A DNA stretch of 64,000 nucleotides from Parcubacteria group bacterium (GTDB lineage: Bacteria; Patescibacteriota; Minisyncoccia; Moranbacterales; UBA11712): the NCBI GenBank assembly GCA_041659065.1, contig JBAZYY010000005.1, positions 974 to 64,973 of the forward strand, read 5' to 3'. The translations under genes were made by a program, and so were the position numbers. The notes below the pieces were generated by a model, which was not told the origin of the DNA, searched no databases, and saw nothing but the letters and a program-made list of their open reading frames with translations. Within the stretch, counting starts at the first letter, position 1. Each line of letters opens with the position of its first letter. Below, in pieces: positions 20,003 to 28,736 of this stretch.

Positions 20003-20084
20003 CTTTCCAAGCTTCCGATGTTCAAAAAATAAAACGACCTTGGGAAATCCCTAGGCCGTTTTTCTTTTGTGAAAAATATAATTT

Positions 20085-20981
20085 TCACACATCCATCCCC
20101 CTGAGGCGTTTCACACGCTCGGCAATCGGCGGATGGGTCTGAAAAAGATTGGAAACTTTTTTTCCTTTGAAGGGATTGGCGATGAAAAGATGGGCTGTGG
20201 CTTCGTTGGCATGCCGCATCGGCGTCGGATCAGCCGATATTTTTTCAAGCGCGCTGGCCAAGCCTTCGGGATATCTTGTGAGGAGCGCTCCATCCGCATC
20301 AGCCAAATATTCACGCTTGCGCGAGATTGCCAGCTGGATAAGCATGGCGGCAATAGGAGCAAGAATTGACAATACTATTCCTGCGATCAGCAGTATCATG
20401 CCTAGCTGTCCCTCTTCCCGATCATTCGATCTCCTTCCTCCCCCGAAAAAACTCCATTGGCGAAAAAATCCCGCCAGAAGCGCCACGAAACCGACCAAAA
20501 CAACAATGACTGTCGAGAGGAGAATATCCCGATTCCCGACATGAGACAGCTCATGCGCAATAACCCCTTCAAGCTCCGGCTTGTCGAGTTTTTCAATGAT
20601 TCCTGTTGTAAGACAAATTACCGCGTGCTTCGGATCGCGTCCGGTCGCGAAAGCATTTGGAGAAAAATCTTGGATGATATAAATCTTGGGAACGGGAAGA
20701 CCAGCCGTGATGCAGAGATTCTCGACTATGTGATAAATTTCTTTCGCGTTCTCGTGCGTCACTTCCTTGGCCCCGCTCATTGCAAGCACAATTTTATCAC
20801 TCCACCAGTAAGAGGCAAAGCTCATCCCCACGCTGAAAATCACAGCTACAACCAAAATTAAGGAGTTGCTCATGGCGCCCGCGAATACATAACCGACTCC
20901 AATCACGAATAGCAAAAAGCCCGTGATATAAACCCAGGTAAGACGAGTATTTTTATCAGCTTGGTTGTAGATCGTTACCAT
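20085..20981 (-). CDS. htpX: Zinc metalloprotease HtpX (M48 family)
   Basis: The HELSHVGNRD (HExxH) motif is present with N-terminal TM helices. The start is placed at MVTIYNQ. Confidence 0.8.
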   Translation of the reverse strand: MVTIYNQADKNTRLTWVYITGFLLFVIGVGYVFAGAMSNSLILVVAVIFSVGMSFASYWWSDKIVLAMSGAKEVTHENAKEIYHIVENLCITAGLPVPKIYIIQDFSPNAFATGRDPKHAVICLTTGIIEKLDKPELEGVIAHELSHVGNRDILLSTVIVVLVGFVALLAGFFRQWSFFGGGRRSNDREEGQLGMILLIAGIVLSILAPIAAMLIQLAISRKREYLADADGALLTRYPEGLASALEKISADPTPMRHANEATAHLFIANPFKGKKVSNLFQTHPPIAERVKRLRGMDV

Positions 20982-20984
20982 AAA

Positions 20985-21105
20985 TTTAAATCCAAAACCC
21001 AAAGTTCAAATATCAAATCAAGTTCAAAGCCCAAAATCCAAACTTTGACATTTGGATTTTGGATTTTATTTGTCTTTTAGATCTTGATATTTGGATTTTC
21101 CGCTA
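20985..21105. repeat. Heptamer-periodic repeat region with inverted symmetry (AAATCCA.../...TTTGGAT) between lemA and htpX
   Basis: The left part aaatccaaaacccaaagttcaaatatcaaatcaagttcaaag faces the right part tttgacatttggattttggatttta. The two are reverse complements and could form a large hairpin. Confidence 0.6.
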
Positions 21106-21651
21106 GAATTCCACTTTAACAGGTTCTTTCTCTCCGCCTTCTGCCTCGAAAAACTCACGGGCAGTGAATCCCAACATACCGGCGAAAACGTTATTGGGGA
21201 AGACTTGAATTTTAGTATTAAAGTCGCGCACATTTCCATTGTAAAAGCGGCGCGATGCCTGAATCTTGTCCTCCGTGTCAGTGAGTTCGCGTTGCAGCTC
21301 CAAGAAGTTCTGGTTGGCTTTGAGGTCAGGATATGCCTCCGCTACGGCAAACAAGCTTTTAAGTGTTTGCGAAAGCGCGTTTTCAGCCTGAGCCTTATCG
21401 GCAGCCGACTGCGCTCCCATCGCCCTCGTTCTGGCTTCGGTTACTTTCTCAAAAACTTCTTTTTCGTGCGAGGCGTAGCCTTTGACCGTATTCACTAAGT
21501 TCGGGATAAGGTCATATCTTCTTTTCAGCTGGACATCAATATCGGACCAAGCTTCATCCACTCTGTTTTTAAGCCGGACTAGACCGTTGTAAATCGCAAT
21601 CAGCCAAACGACAGCGATCACGACTACAGCCAAAATTATTAGCGATACCAT
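21103..21651 (-). CDS. lemA: LemA family protein
   Basis: An N-terminal TM helix is followed by the conserved IAIYNGLVRLKNRVDEAWSDIDVQLKRRYDLIPNLV block. Confidence 0.85.
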   Translation of the reverse strand: MVSLIILAVVVIAVVWLIAIYNGLVRLKNRVDEAWSDIDVQLKRRYDLIPNLVNTVKGYASHEKEVFEKVTEARTRAMGAQSAADKAQAENALSQTLKSLFAVAEAYPDLKANQNFLELQRELTDTEDKIQASRRFYNGNVRDFNTKIQVFPNNVFAGMLGFTAREFFEAEGGEKEPVKVEF

Positions 21652-21693
21652 ATTATTTTATTAATGCTTAAAAGCCTAAAACTGACTCACTTG

Positions 21694-22914
21694 CTACTCC
21701 TGAACCGCTGATTCGATAATTACTCTAGAAAGCGAGATGTTTTCTCTAATCTTATTGTTTATGCTGCCAATGTAGCTGTCGACCGAGGGTTCAATCAGTG
21801 CCACGCCAGAAACCCCATTTGTGGCCGCGCCAGCAACGACAGAATATAATGCACCCGCTCCTCGGCCAACCCGGCTATCGCTCGCGCCAGCTACCCGCCC
21901 CGCGTCAGTTGCGGCTGTTTCTCGAAGGTCTTTTTGAAATATTAATCCTCCCGAGAGTACCACTAATAGTAGCAAAACCACGAAAGAAATAGCAAGTTTT
22001 GAGAAAAGGGACTGCCAAACCATGTCTGCCGCTTCCTGTAAGCCAAAGTTGGGAGAATGGAAATGAGAGTCTTTCTTAACCTGACTTTTAGGCGCTCCTT
22101 TACTATCGTAGTACTGGCTGCTGAAGGATAATGTTTCCTTTTCCCTGCGAACGGCCGGGGCAAGAATAGCCTGACGCGTTTTTTCTGCCCGTCTTTCCCC
22201 TTGCACTGTTTTCACTGAAATATTTTTTTCACCGGATGAGATCATTTTTCTCAAATCGATTACCTCTCCGTGCGCTTTTTTCTGTCTGCTATTTGGCAAA
22301 ATCTGTTTTTCATATCGAGCTTTTTCGTAAACCTGCGTTGGTGCTTGAAATTCAACTATTCTCTCTTCTTGAAAAACTTTATCTTCGACTACCGGCGAAA
22401 TAACTTCTCTTTTTGTTTCCGGCTTGGCTTCCTCCGGAACATATTTGCTGAGCACTGCTTCTGCATGCAGGGTCTGCGCTTCTTTCCTGGGCTGAAAAAA
22501 TTCCTCTCTCGCGGGAACAGCCTCCTTTTCAAAAAATGATTCTTTGACCTTAAGTTTTTCCTCTTCCAAATCCAAAACAGTTTCCTCTTTTGCCTCCGAG
22601 ATTTTCACAGATGAAACCCTGGCTTCGGAAGGCGTGCCAATCTTTTCTATCAATTTTTCAACCGGTTTATCGATTTTTTCAATTTGAGAAAATTTCATGG
22701 GATTGGCAATTTCTTCTTTTCGACGCGCTGTTTCTTCTATAAATTCATCCATCCATTGCGCCGTCGTGTACCAACGCTTTCCGATCCTGATTGACCCAAG
22801 ATCTCCGCGCCGCGCCAAAAGGCTTAGATACTCTTGAGCATACTTCCTCTCCTTTGCTATTTTTGACAACAGAATATATTTCTGTTTTTCCTGGCTATTC
22901 ATGCCTCTGCGCAA
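21694..22914 (-). CDS. Hypothetical protein with an N-terminal excisionase/MerR-like HTH and a C-terminal TM helix
   Basis: The N-terminus KYILLSKIAKERKYAQEYLSLLARRGDLGSIRIGKRWY has an HTH-like pattern. A long charged middle region follows. A TM segment ISFVVLLLLVVLSGGLIF lies near the C-terminus. Confidence 0.4.
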   Translation of the reverse strand: MRRGMNSQEKQKYILLSKIAKERKYAQEYLSLLARRGDLGSIRIGKRWYTTAQWMDEFIEETARRKEEIANPMKFSQIEKIDKPVEKLIEKIGTPSEARVSSVKISEAKEETVLDLEEEKLKVKESFFEKEAVPAREEFFQPRKEAQTLHAEAVLSKYVPEEAKPETKREVISPVVEDKVFQEERIVEFQAPTQVYEKARYEKQILPNSRQKKAHGEVIDLRKMISSGEKNISVKTVQGERRAEKTRQAILAPAVRREKETLSFSSQYYDSKGAPKSQVKKDSHFHSPNFGLQEAADMVWQSLFSKLAISFVVLLLLVVLSGGLIFQKDLRETAATDAGRVAGASDSRVGRGAGALYSVVAGAATNGVSGVALIEPSVDSYIGSINNKIRENISLSRVIIESAVQE

Positions 22915-23109
22915 TTAATAAATTTATTTCTGAAACTTGACTGGAGTTCTCTTTGGGCAATTGAGCGCCCCGCAAGCTAACGGATATATTGTACAATAAA
23001 ATTAAAACTTGCACCAACCCGATATTGTGGATATTCATGCCTGATATTCATATATTATGGAAGAGGTTGAGCTATTCAACATTTTCTTAAAATAGTGTAG
23101 AATATAAGC

Positions 23110-23550
23110 ATGAATGTTTTAGAAAACTACTACATAGTCGCACTTCCTGTCATCGTCGGGCTTACAGCCCAAGCAATAAAGTTTATTCTTTTCGCGATGA
23201 AGCATGGCTGGAAGTTTGAGTATTTTTTTACGCATGGGCATATGCCCAGCGCCCATACGGCTTTTGTAATAGCCGCTATCACATCGATTGGATATTACTC
23301 CGGCACTAATTCTCCCGCATTCGCACTCGCAGTCGTTTTCGCAATCCTCATTATAGATGATGCTTTGCGGCTCCGGATGTATCTCGGCGATCAAGGCCGA
23401 TATTTAAACATGCTGATTAATCAGCTGCCTATAGATAAAAAACAATTCCCTCGGCTTAAGGAGAGAATCGGTCATCGTTTGAGTGAAGTAATTGTCGGGG
23501 GAATCTTTGGTTTCGTTCTCACCCTAGCTCTCGCAAAACTTCTCGGATAA
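23110..23550 (+). CDS. Divergent PAP2 / DUF212 family membrane protein (acid phosphatase/vanadium haloperoxidase-related)
   Basis: The KFEYFFTHGHMPSAHTAF and LIIDDALRLR blocks are typical of PF02681 proteins. Confidence 0.65.
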   Translation: MNVLENYYIVALPVIVGLTAQAIKFILFAMKHGWKFEYFFTHGHMPSAHTAFVIAAITSIGYYSGTNSPAFALAVVFAILIIDDALRLRMYLGDQGRYLNMLINQLPIDKKQFPRLKERIGHRLSEVIVGGIFGFVLTLALAKLLG

Positions 23551-24832
23551 CTTTCGGGTCATTCCAAGGAATCCTTTTCGCACCGATAACCATTATTTCC
23601 TCTGCGCCTTTCCCGGTTATGACTACGATGCCTCCCGGCTCCGCTAACTCGAGAGCTTTTTTTATAGCTTCGCGCCGATCCATAATCCGCCAAGCGTCCT
23701 TGAATTCCTCTTTTTTACCAAGTACTCCTTCGAAGACCTCGTCGATAATTTGCTGAGGGTCTTCATTGTAGGGATCTTCATTGGTCACTATGCATAAATC
23801 AGCATAGCTTGCGACAATTTCTCCCATGATAGGGCGCTTACCGCGATCGCGCTCTCCGCAGGAGCCAAAGACAGCAATGATTTTGGAGCCGCTACTTTTT
23901 AGTTTGCTTACATAGCTATATAATTTTTCAAGAGAATCAGGCGTTAAGGCGTAATCTACGATTACCTCAATGCCATGATCGTTCTCGATATGCTCCATCC
24001 GCCCTGGCACGCCCTTTATTTTCGAAAGCGCATTCGAAATCTTCCCAAGGCTTATGTCTTGGGATAGCCCGGCACAAATTGCCGCGAGAGCATTTTCTAT
24101 ATTAAATTCTCCAGGTAAATTTATTGAGAATTGAGAATTGAGAATTGAGAATTGAGAATGTTTGATACCTAATTTTATATTTTCAGCGATAATAGTTTTA
24201 AATTTTAAGCTGTCACTTTGAACTTTGAACTTTGAACTTTGAACTTTTATCCCATATCCATATTTCTTTTTAAAATCATAATTCAAGAAGTTATCTGCCT
24301 TCTCCATCTGCAGATTTACAACTCCTACGCTATTTTTATTTTTTACAGCCATCCTAAACAGCTTTTCTTTGGCCTGGGCATAAATATCAATGGTATTGTG
24401 ATAGTCGAGGTGCTCGCGAGTCACGTTAGTAATAACCGCGACCAGAAAATTAACACCCCACACCCGGTTTTGATCAAGCGAATGCGAGGAAACCTCAAGT
24501 ACTGCGTATTCACATTTGGCTGCAACGGCCTGGTGCAAGAATTTTTGGAGCGCGAAGCTAGAAAGAGTCGTGAATTTGCTTTTGTTCACCCACTCCTTTT
24601 CGCCCAGCTTGAAATTGATCGTCGAAGCAACAGCGATCTTATGTCCAGCTTCCTCCAAAACTTTCGCGATCATCTGAACTGTCGTCGTCTTTCCGTTCGT
24701 CCCTGTCACTCCGATTACCTTGAGACGCCGCGACGGAAAACAGTATCGGACATTCGCCAAGATGGCTTGGAAAAGATGATATATATTTTTAGCGAATTGG
24801 GGAATAAGTTTTTTTATCCAGTTAGAAATCAT
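23519..24832 (-). CDS. murE: Mur ligase, MurE-like (UDP-MurNAc-L-Ala-D-Glu:diamino-acid ligase) with a short N-terminal domain
   Basis: The central domain has VIGVTGTNGKTTT, LEVSSHSL and TNVTREHLDYH. The C-terminal domain has DYALTPDSLEKLY and FGSCGERDRGKRP. Two heptamer-repeat tracts (24124-24158, 24217-24244) lie in frame. Confidence 0.7.
   Translation of the reverse strand: MISNWIKKLIPQFAKNIYHLFQAILANVRYCFPSRRLKVIGVTGTNGKTTTVQMIAKVLEEAGHKIAVASTINFKLGEKEWVNKSKFTTLSSFALQKFLHQAVAAKCEYAVLEVSSHSLDQNRVWGVNFLVAVITNVTREHLDYHNTIDIYAQAKEKLFRMAVKNKNSVGVVNLQMEKADNFLNYDFKKKYGYGIKVQSSKFKVQSDSLKFKTIIAENIKLGIKHSQFSILNSQFSINLPGEFNIENALAAICAGLSQDISLGKISNALSKIKGVPGRMEHIENDHGIEVIVDYALTPDSLEKLYSYVSKLKSSGSKIIAVFGSCGERDRGKRPIMGEIVASYADLCIVTNEDPYNEDPQQIIDEVFEGVLGKKEEFKDAWRIMDRREAIKKALELAEPGGIVVITGKGAEEIMVIGAKRIPWNDPKVIREVLRELG
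24124..24248. repeat. Two heptamer tandem tracts inside murE (TTGAGAA x5 at 24124-24158; TTTGAAC x4 at 24217-24244)
   Basis: Both tracts were read directly. They encode SQFSILNSQFSI and KFKVQSSKFKVQS in the MurE frame. The 35-nt tract length is not a multiple of 3. Confidence 0.75.
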
Positions 24833-24913
24833 GATATTAAAAATTTCAATTATTCTTTAATTATAAAATGCTTTCTCTCGCCTTATCGTTCAAAAAATAA
24901 TTTCTAATAGGGT

Positions 24914-25957
24914 TTATAGGATTATTTTTTTAGCTTTCTGAATCGCTCTGTATAGATTGTATTTTACCGGATTTAAAATAATATCATAACTTCCTGGAAA
25001 TTCAATCGGTTTCGTCTCCGGCGCAAAACCGGTTTTGAATTTGGTGATCCCAGACCAAGAATTGTTCCTTGTTATGTGTTTCGTGCTGTGTGTCTTGACT
25101 CCGCCAAAGTCGTATCGCGCACATCCATCCTTATTTGCGTCGAGAATCTGCCGCCATTGCAAAAGATACGGCGCCATGACATTCCTATGGTCATTATCAG
25201 AAGCTCCGTGCATATATGTCGCAGTTTTCCCGAAAAACAGAACAAGGTTGGCCGCAATTATCTTTCCCTCATACTCTGCGATATATAGCTTTAAAATATC
25301 AGATGGGATAATCTCAAACATCCGGCGGTAATAATTTTCGGGGTGAGGCGTTATTTTATCCCTTTCCGCCGTGATTTTTACTAATTGACAAAATCCATCA
25401 ATATATTTTTTATCTCGAGAAGTAAAGACTTCAACATTCTTCTTCTCAGCTAATCTAATGTTATAGCGAGTTTTCTGCTTCATCTGTCTTAGCAGCTCAT
25501 CTTTGCTTTTTGAAATATCCAAAACTAAAATTTCCCTAGGCTGCATGTCCACTGCTGATTTTTTCATTTTCAGACTCCCCGGTAAATTCTCTTTAACAGC
25601 TTGCAAAATATCCTCGCTCGCTGGATCAATTCTCACCCATCCAATATTATTTTTTTTAGACAGATCAAGTAAATCAGGAAAAAAAGTTTTGAATTTTTCG
25701 CTGTAGTTTTTCGCTTTTCGCTTTTCGCTTTTCGCTTCAAAAACCGGTCCGCGCGGAATATAAAAATATTTTCCCACTATCGGCAATTTATGCTCAACTA
25801 TATTTGCGAAAGCAATCAGCCCTTCACTACCATCGCTAGCTGAAATATTATAAGTTTCTCGCCCAACGCTTTCCTGAAATTTTCGCCAATACTCCGACTG
25901 CAAAAAGCCCCCATCGGGGGAATTGAATTGAATAAAATTTCTCATATTATCTTCCAT
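24914..25957 (-). CDS. FemAB-family peptidyltransferase (peptidoglycan interpeptide bridge formation)
   Basis: The size and conserved blocks fit the FemAB family (YFYIPRGPV, ...YLLQWRQILDANKDGCARYDFGG). It is adjacent to murE. It contains a TTTTCGC x4 repeat tract in frame. Confidence 0.6.
   Translation of the reverse strand: MEDNMRNFIQFNSPDGGFLQSEYWRKFQESVGRETYNISASDGSEGLIAFANIVEHKLPIVGKYFYIPRGPVFEAKSEKRKAKNYSEKFKTFFPDLLDLSKKNNIGWVRIDPASEDILQAVKENLPGSLKMKKSAVDMQPREILVLDISKSKDELLRQMKQKTRYNIRLAEKKNVEVFTSRDKKYIDGFCQLVKITAERDKITPHPENYYRRMFEIIPSDILKLYIAEYEGKIIAANLVLFFGKTATYMHGASDNDHRNVMAPYLLQWRQILDANKDGCARYDFGGVKTHSTKHITRNNSWSGITKFKTGFAPETKPIEFPGSYDIILNPVKYNLYRAIQKAKKIIL
25707..25737. repeat. 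Heptamer tandem repeat TTTTCGC x4 inside the FemAB-family gene
   Basis: The tract reads ttttcgcttttcgcttttcgcttttcgc and encodes AKSEKRKAKSEK-like residues on the minus strand. Confidence 0.7.
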
Positions 25958-25999
25958 GGAATAATTCTTCTTTTGCTAAAACGACCAACAGTCCCGATA

Positions 26000-26374
26000 T
26001 TAGCCCATGCCACGAAGGAAAGACCAGGCTACGAGAAAAAGAACCAGGGGAATCAATCCGACTATTGCCAGCACCATTCCCGCATTTGCCTGATTTCGAT
26101 TCGAAGAATACATTCCAATCCAACTGCAGAAAAACGCTGCTATGGGAAATATGACCGCCGCGAAAAAAAGTGCGACCCTTCCTGTGTTCACTACCAGTAT
26201 GCGGAACAAATCTGCGTTATTTTGATCAATCCAGCCAGTGCCGGTTACGGATATTAAAAAGATAAGGCAGAACAATAAGAACTCTGCAATTACCAAATAA
26301 ATAGAGTAGAAAGCGCATCTTTCTCTAAGACCTACTTTTTCCGCCGCCCACTTGCGCCCCAAGATTATTTTCAT
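26000..26374 (-). CDS. Hypothetical polytopic membrane protein
   Basis: The 124-aa product has four hydrophobic segments and no motif. Confidence 0.4.
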   Translation of the reverse strand: MKIILGRKWAAEKVGLRERCAFYSIYLVIAEFLLFCLIFLISVTGTGWIDQNNADLFRILVVNTGRVALFFAAVIFPIAAFFCSWIGMYSSNRNQANAGMVLAIVGLIPLVLFLVAWSFLRGMG

Positions 26375-26413
26375 CCTTTGAATGAATCAATTTTTATTTA
26401 CGATTCAGATTTA

Positions 26414-27166
26414 TCAATAAGTCTGCTCCTTATATTTCCTGTATCTTCGCCAAAACCAGAATCCTAACCCTCCGACAAATAGTATTATCCCAAATACTGT
26501 GATTATTATCCAGCTTGCTGACTTCCCAGATAATTTTTGAGAATCGTTTTGCGCTGCGCTGGCTTTTTCCACCACAACTGGATCGAGTTTCGGCTCCTGA
26601 TTTTTGCAGTCCTGCGGACAATTTTCGCTGTCTTCAACTGGCCGTTCGCACTGATCGTTTTCATTGCAGGTGGCTTTCGAGGAAAGGTCAATCGTCAAAA
26701 CCTTTTTGCCATAAGAGTCAAAGATGTCGGCGTATTTCCCGTTGGGGAAATATGGCATTTGAACAATAATCTTTCCTTCCGGCAGCTCCTCGCATCCGCC
26801 GCTCATCTCACCTTCCTCGTCCGCAAAGTCACTGCAATATATAGGACTAAGATTATAATTCACAACAAAATATCCCAAGACTGTATTTTTAAATGAAACG
26901 ACTCTCCCATTAGCTGAATTTCCTTTCCAGTTTTTATAGTCGGTTTGATAAGCGAACTCTCCCGTAGTTATTTCAAGTCCTCTGACTTCATAATTTCCAT
27001 CTTTTTTATAAAGATTAGCGTTCAATGTTTTGGACGATATTTTATAGATCGAATTTTCACTTAATGGTTCCAACTGGCTGTTCGCCCAAGAGAAACTAAA
27101 CAGCAAACAAGCAACGCTTAAAAATATTTTAAAAATTATAGTTTTATATATTTTTTCTTTTTTCAT
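26414..27166 (-). CDS. Hypothetical secreted/anchored protein (signal peptide plus C-terminal TM)
   Basis: An N-terminal signal-like segment is followed by a Cys-containing ectodomain. The C-terminus has a TM helix and basic tail (WIIITVFGIILFVGGLGFWFWRRYRKYK). The start overlaps the stop of the downstream partner. Confidence 0.45.
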   Translation of the reverse strand: MKKEKIYKTIIFKIFLSVACLLFSFSWANSQLEPLSENSIYKISSKTLNANLYKKDGNYEVRGLEITTGEFAYQTDYKNWKGNSANGRVVSFKNTVLGYFVVNYNLSPIYCSDFADEEGEMSGGCEELPEGKIIVQMPYFPNGKYADIFDSYGKKVLTIDLSSKATCNENDQCERPVEDSENCPQDCKNQEPKLDPVVVEKASAAQNDSQKLSGKSASWIIITVFGIILFVGGLGFWFWRRYRKYKEQTY

Positions 27167-28719
27167 CTTTCTCCTTTGTTTTTTAGTAACTCGGAAATTT
27201 TTCCGCTCAAAATATTTCTGTAATCATCTTTATTTCCTCTATTTTCCTCGATCAGCTCCAAGAGGACTACGGCATGCATTTTTGCCCATTTAATTTGATA
27301 AGGTTGACTTTCATAATCAAGCCCGGATTCTAAATCTGCCGACGCTAACCCGGCTTCTTGTCGACATTTTTTGTCATGAATTCTCCAGGCCTTCAAAATT
27401 TCGTTGGTCAGATATTGTAGTCTCGCACCGTCATTCGTGAAATAATCATAGCGCCTTTGAACATCATCTGTGATTTTTCTGTAATCCAAACCGCGCCTCA
27501 CGGTATCTTTCGCATCAAAAAACGTCCCAAGATCATCAATTATGGTTCTTTCTCGGATATCTTGATATTCGGCTGAATTTTCAGGAGGCAAATCAGTATT
27601 TTTAACCGTAGGTGCTATCGATAAAACTCTTTTTCTCGTTTCTCTTTTACGAATAAGCCAGGGTATAGATATACTAATAATGATCGGGAGCAATGGGATA
27701 GGAATCAAAACTCTTCTAGATCGGCTTCCCTCATAATGTATCGTTATTTCAACCATTCTTTTGGACAGCAACATTTCTTCAAGCAGTCTCTTGCTGCTCC
27801 TGTCTTCGACGCTTTCCTCGTTGTATCTTTTTATCAAATTATAAATTTTTTCCATGTCATCGCTCCCGGGCATTTCAGCAGCCAATGTTTTCAGTTCGAA
27901 AAGCTCTATTTTTGAAAATTGGATCTCCTTCGCCTTAATCCGGGAGGCAGCTTCTTCGATTTTCTTAAGATCGACTCCGCTCCTCGCAAGCCATTCTTTT
28001 GAAAGGAAAAGGGCGGTTCGCCCTCGCATCAAAGCAAGATCCAGGTTTTCTCTGTCGATTTTTCCGGGTTTGATTGATTCGGGACTTGATCCTTCAGGTG
28101 AGGCCGTTCCGGTAATTTCAATGCTTTTTATTTCCAGACCTTCGGGCGCTTTTTCGCGAGAATTATTATAAACTTTTTTGTTCCAATCCCACCCGTAGAG
28201 AATTTCCGCAAATTTCTTCTTCAGGTCCCGATCGATATATCTTTCCATCGCCGGAAAATGGTCCGGATTCATCGGCTTGCCGGCTTTTCCATCGCCAGCG
28301 AAAAGACGAGCATATTCAAATGGAATCTGAAAGGTCATTTTACCGTCTTTTTTTTCAAGATATGAAAATTCCGTTTGCAGTATCGCAACGAGAGACCATA
28401 TATTAAATTTGGGATTGCCGTTTTCATCCACACCTTCAAAAAAAGTGCATCCTGCTTCCGGCCATTGGATTTCTCCCGACCGGAATTTTTCTGCAGTCTT
28501 AATATGCATATCGGACCAGTCTCTTTGCATTTGTGTTTCGGGATTATTTTTTCCCGAATTAGAAATTTTTTCCCGGTTTTCCGCTTTTGTGGAATTATCC
28601 ATTGGGAGAGAAAAAGCCAGCATCGCAAGACCAGTACTCATAGCCCGGTAGAGTTCTGGGAAATATTTTTTCTTTTCTTCGCCTTCTTTATTTTCCCCAG
28701 AACTTTCAATTTTTACCAT
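27163..28719 (-). CDS. Hypothetical protein with a central TM helix
   Basis: This 518-aa product has a 4-nt stop/start overlap with 26414..27166. No motif was recognised. Confidence 0.45.
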   Translation of the reverse strand: MVKIESSGENKEGEEKKKYFPELYRAMSTGLAMLAFSLPMDNSTKAENREKISNSGKNNPETQMQRDWSDMHIKTAEKFRSGEIQWPEAGCTFFEGVDENGNPKFNIWSLVAILQTEFSYLEKKDGKMTFQIPFEYARLFAGDGKAGKPMNPDHFPAMERYIDRDLKKKFAEILYGWDWNKKVYNNSREKAPEGLEIKSIEITGTASPEGSSPESIKPGKIDRENLDLALMRGRTALFLSKEWLARSGVDLKKIEEAASRIKAKEIQFSKIELFELKTLAAEMPGSDDMEKIYNLIKRYNEESVEDRSSKRLLEEMLLSKRMVEITIHYEGSRSRRVLIPIPLLPIIISISIPWLIRKRETRKRVLSIAPTVKNTDLPPENSAEYQDIRERTIIDDLGTFFDAKDTVRRGLDYRKITDDVQRRYDYFTNDGARLQYLTNEILKAWRIHDKKCRQEAGLASADLESGLDYESQPYQIKWAKMHAVVLLELIEENRGNKDDYRNILSGKISELLKNKGER

Positions 28720-28736
28720 GACTTTTTTGCAAATAT

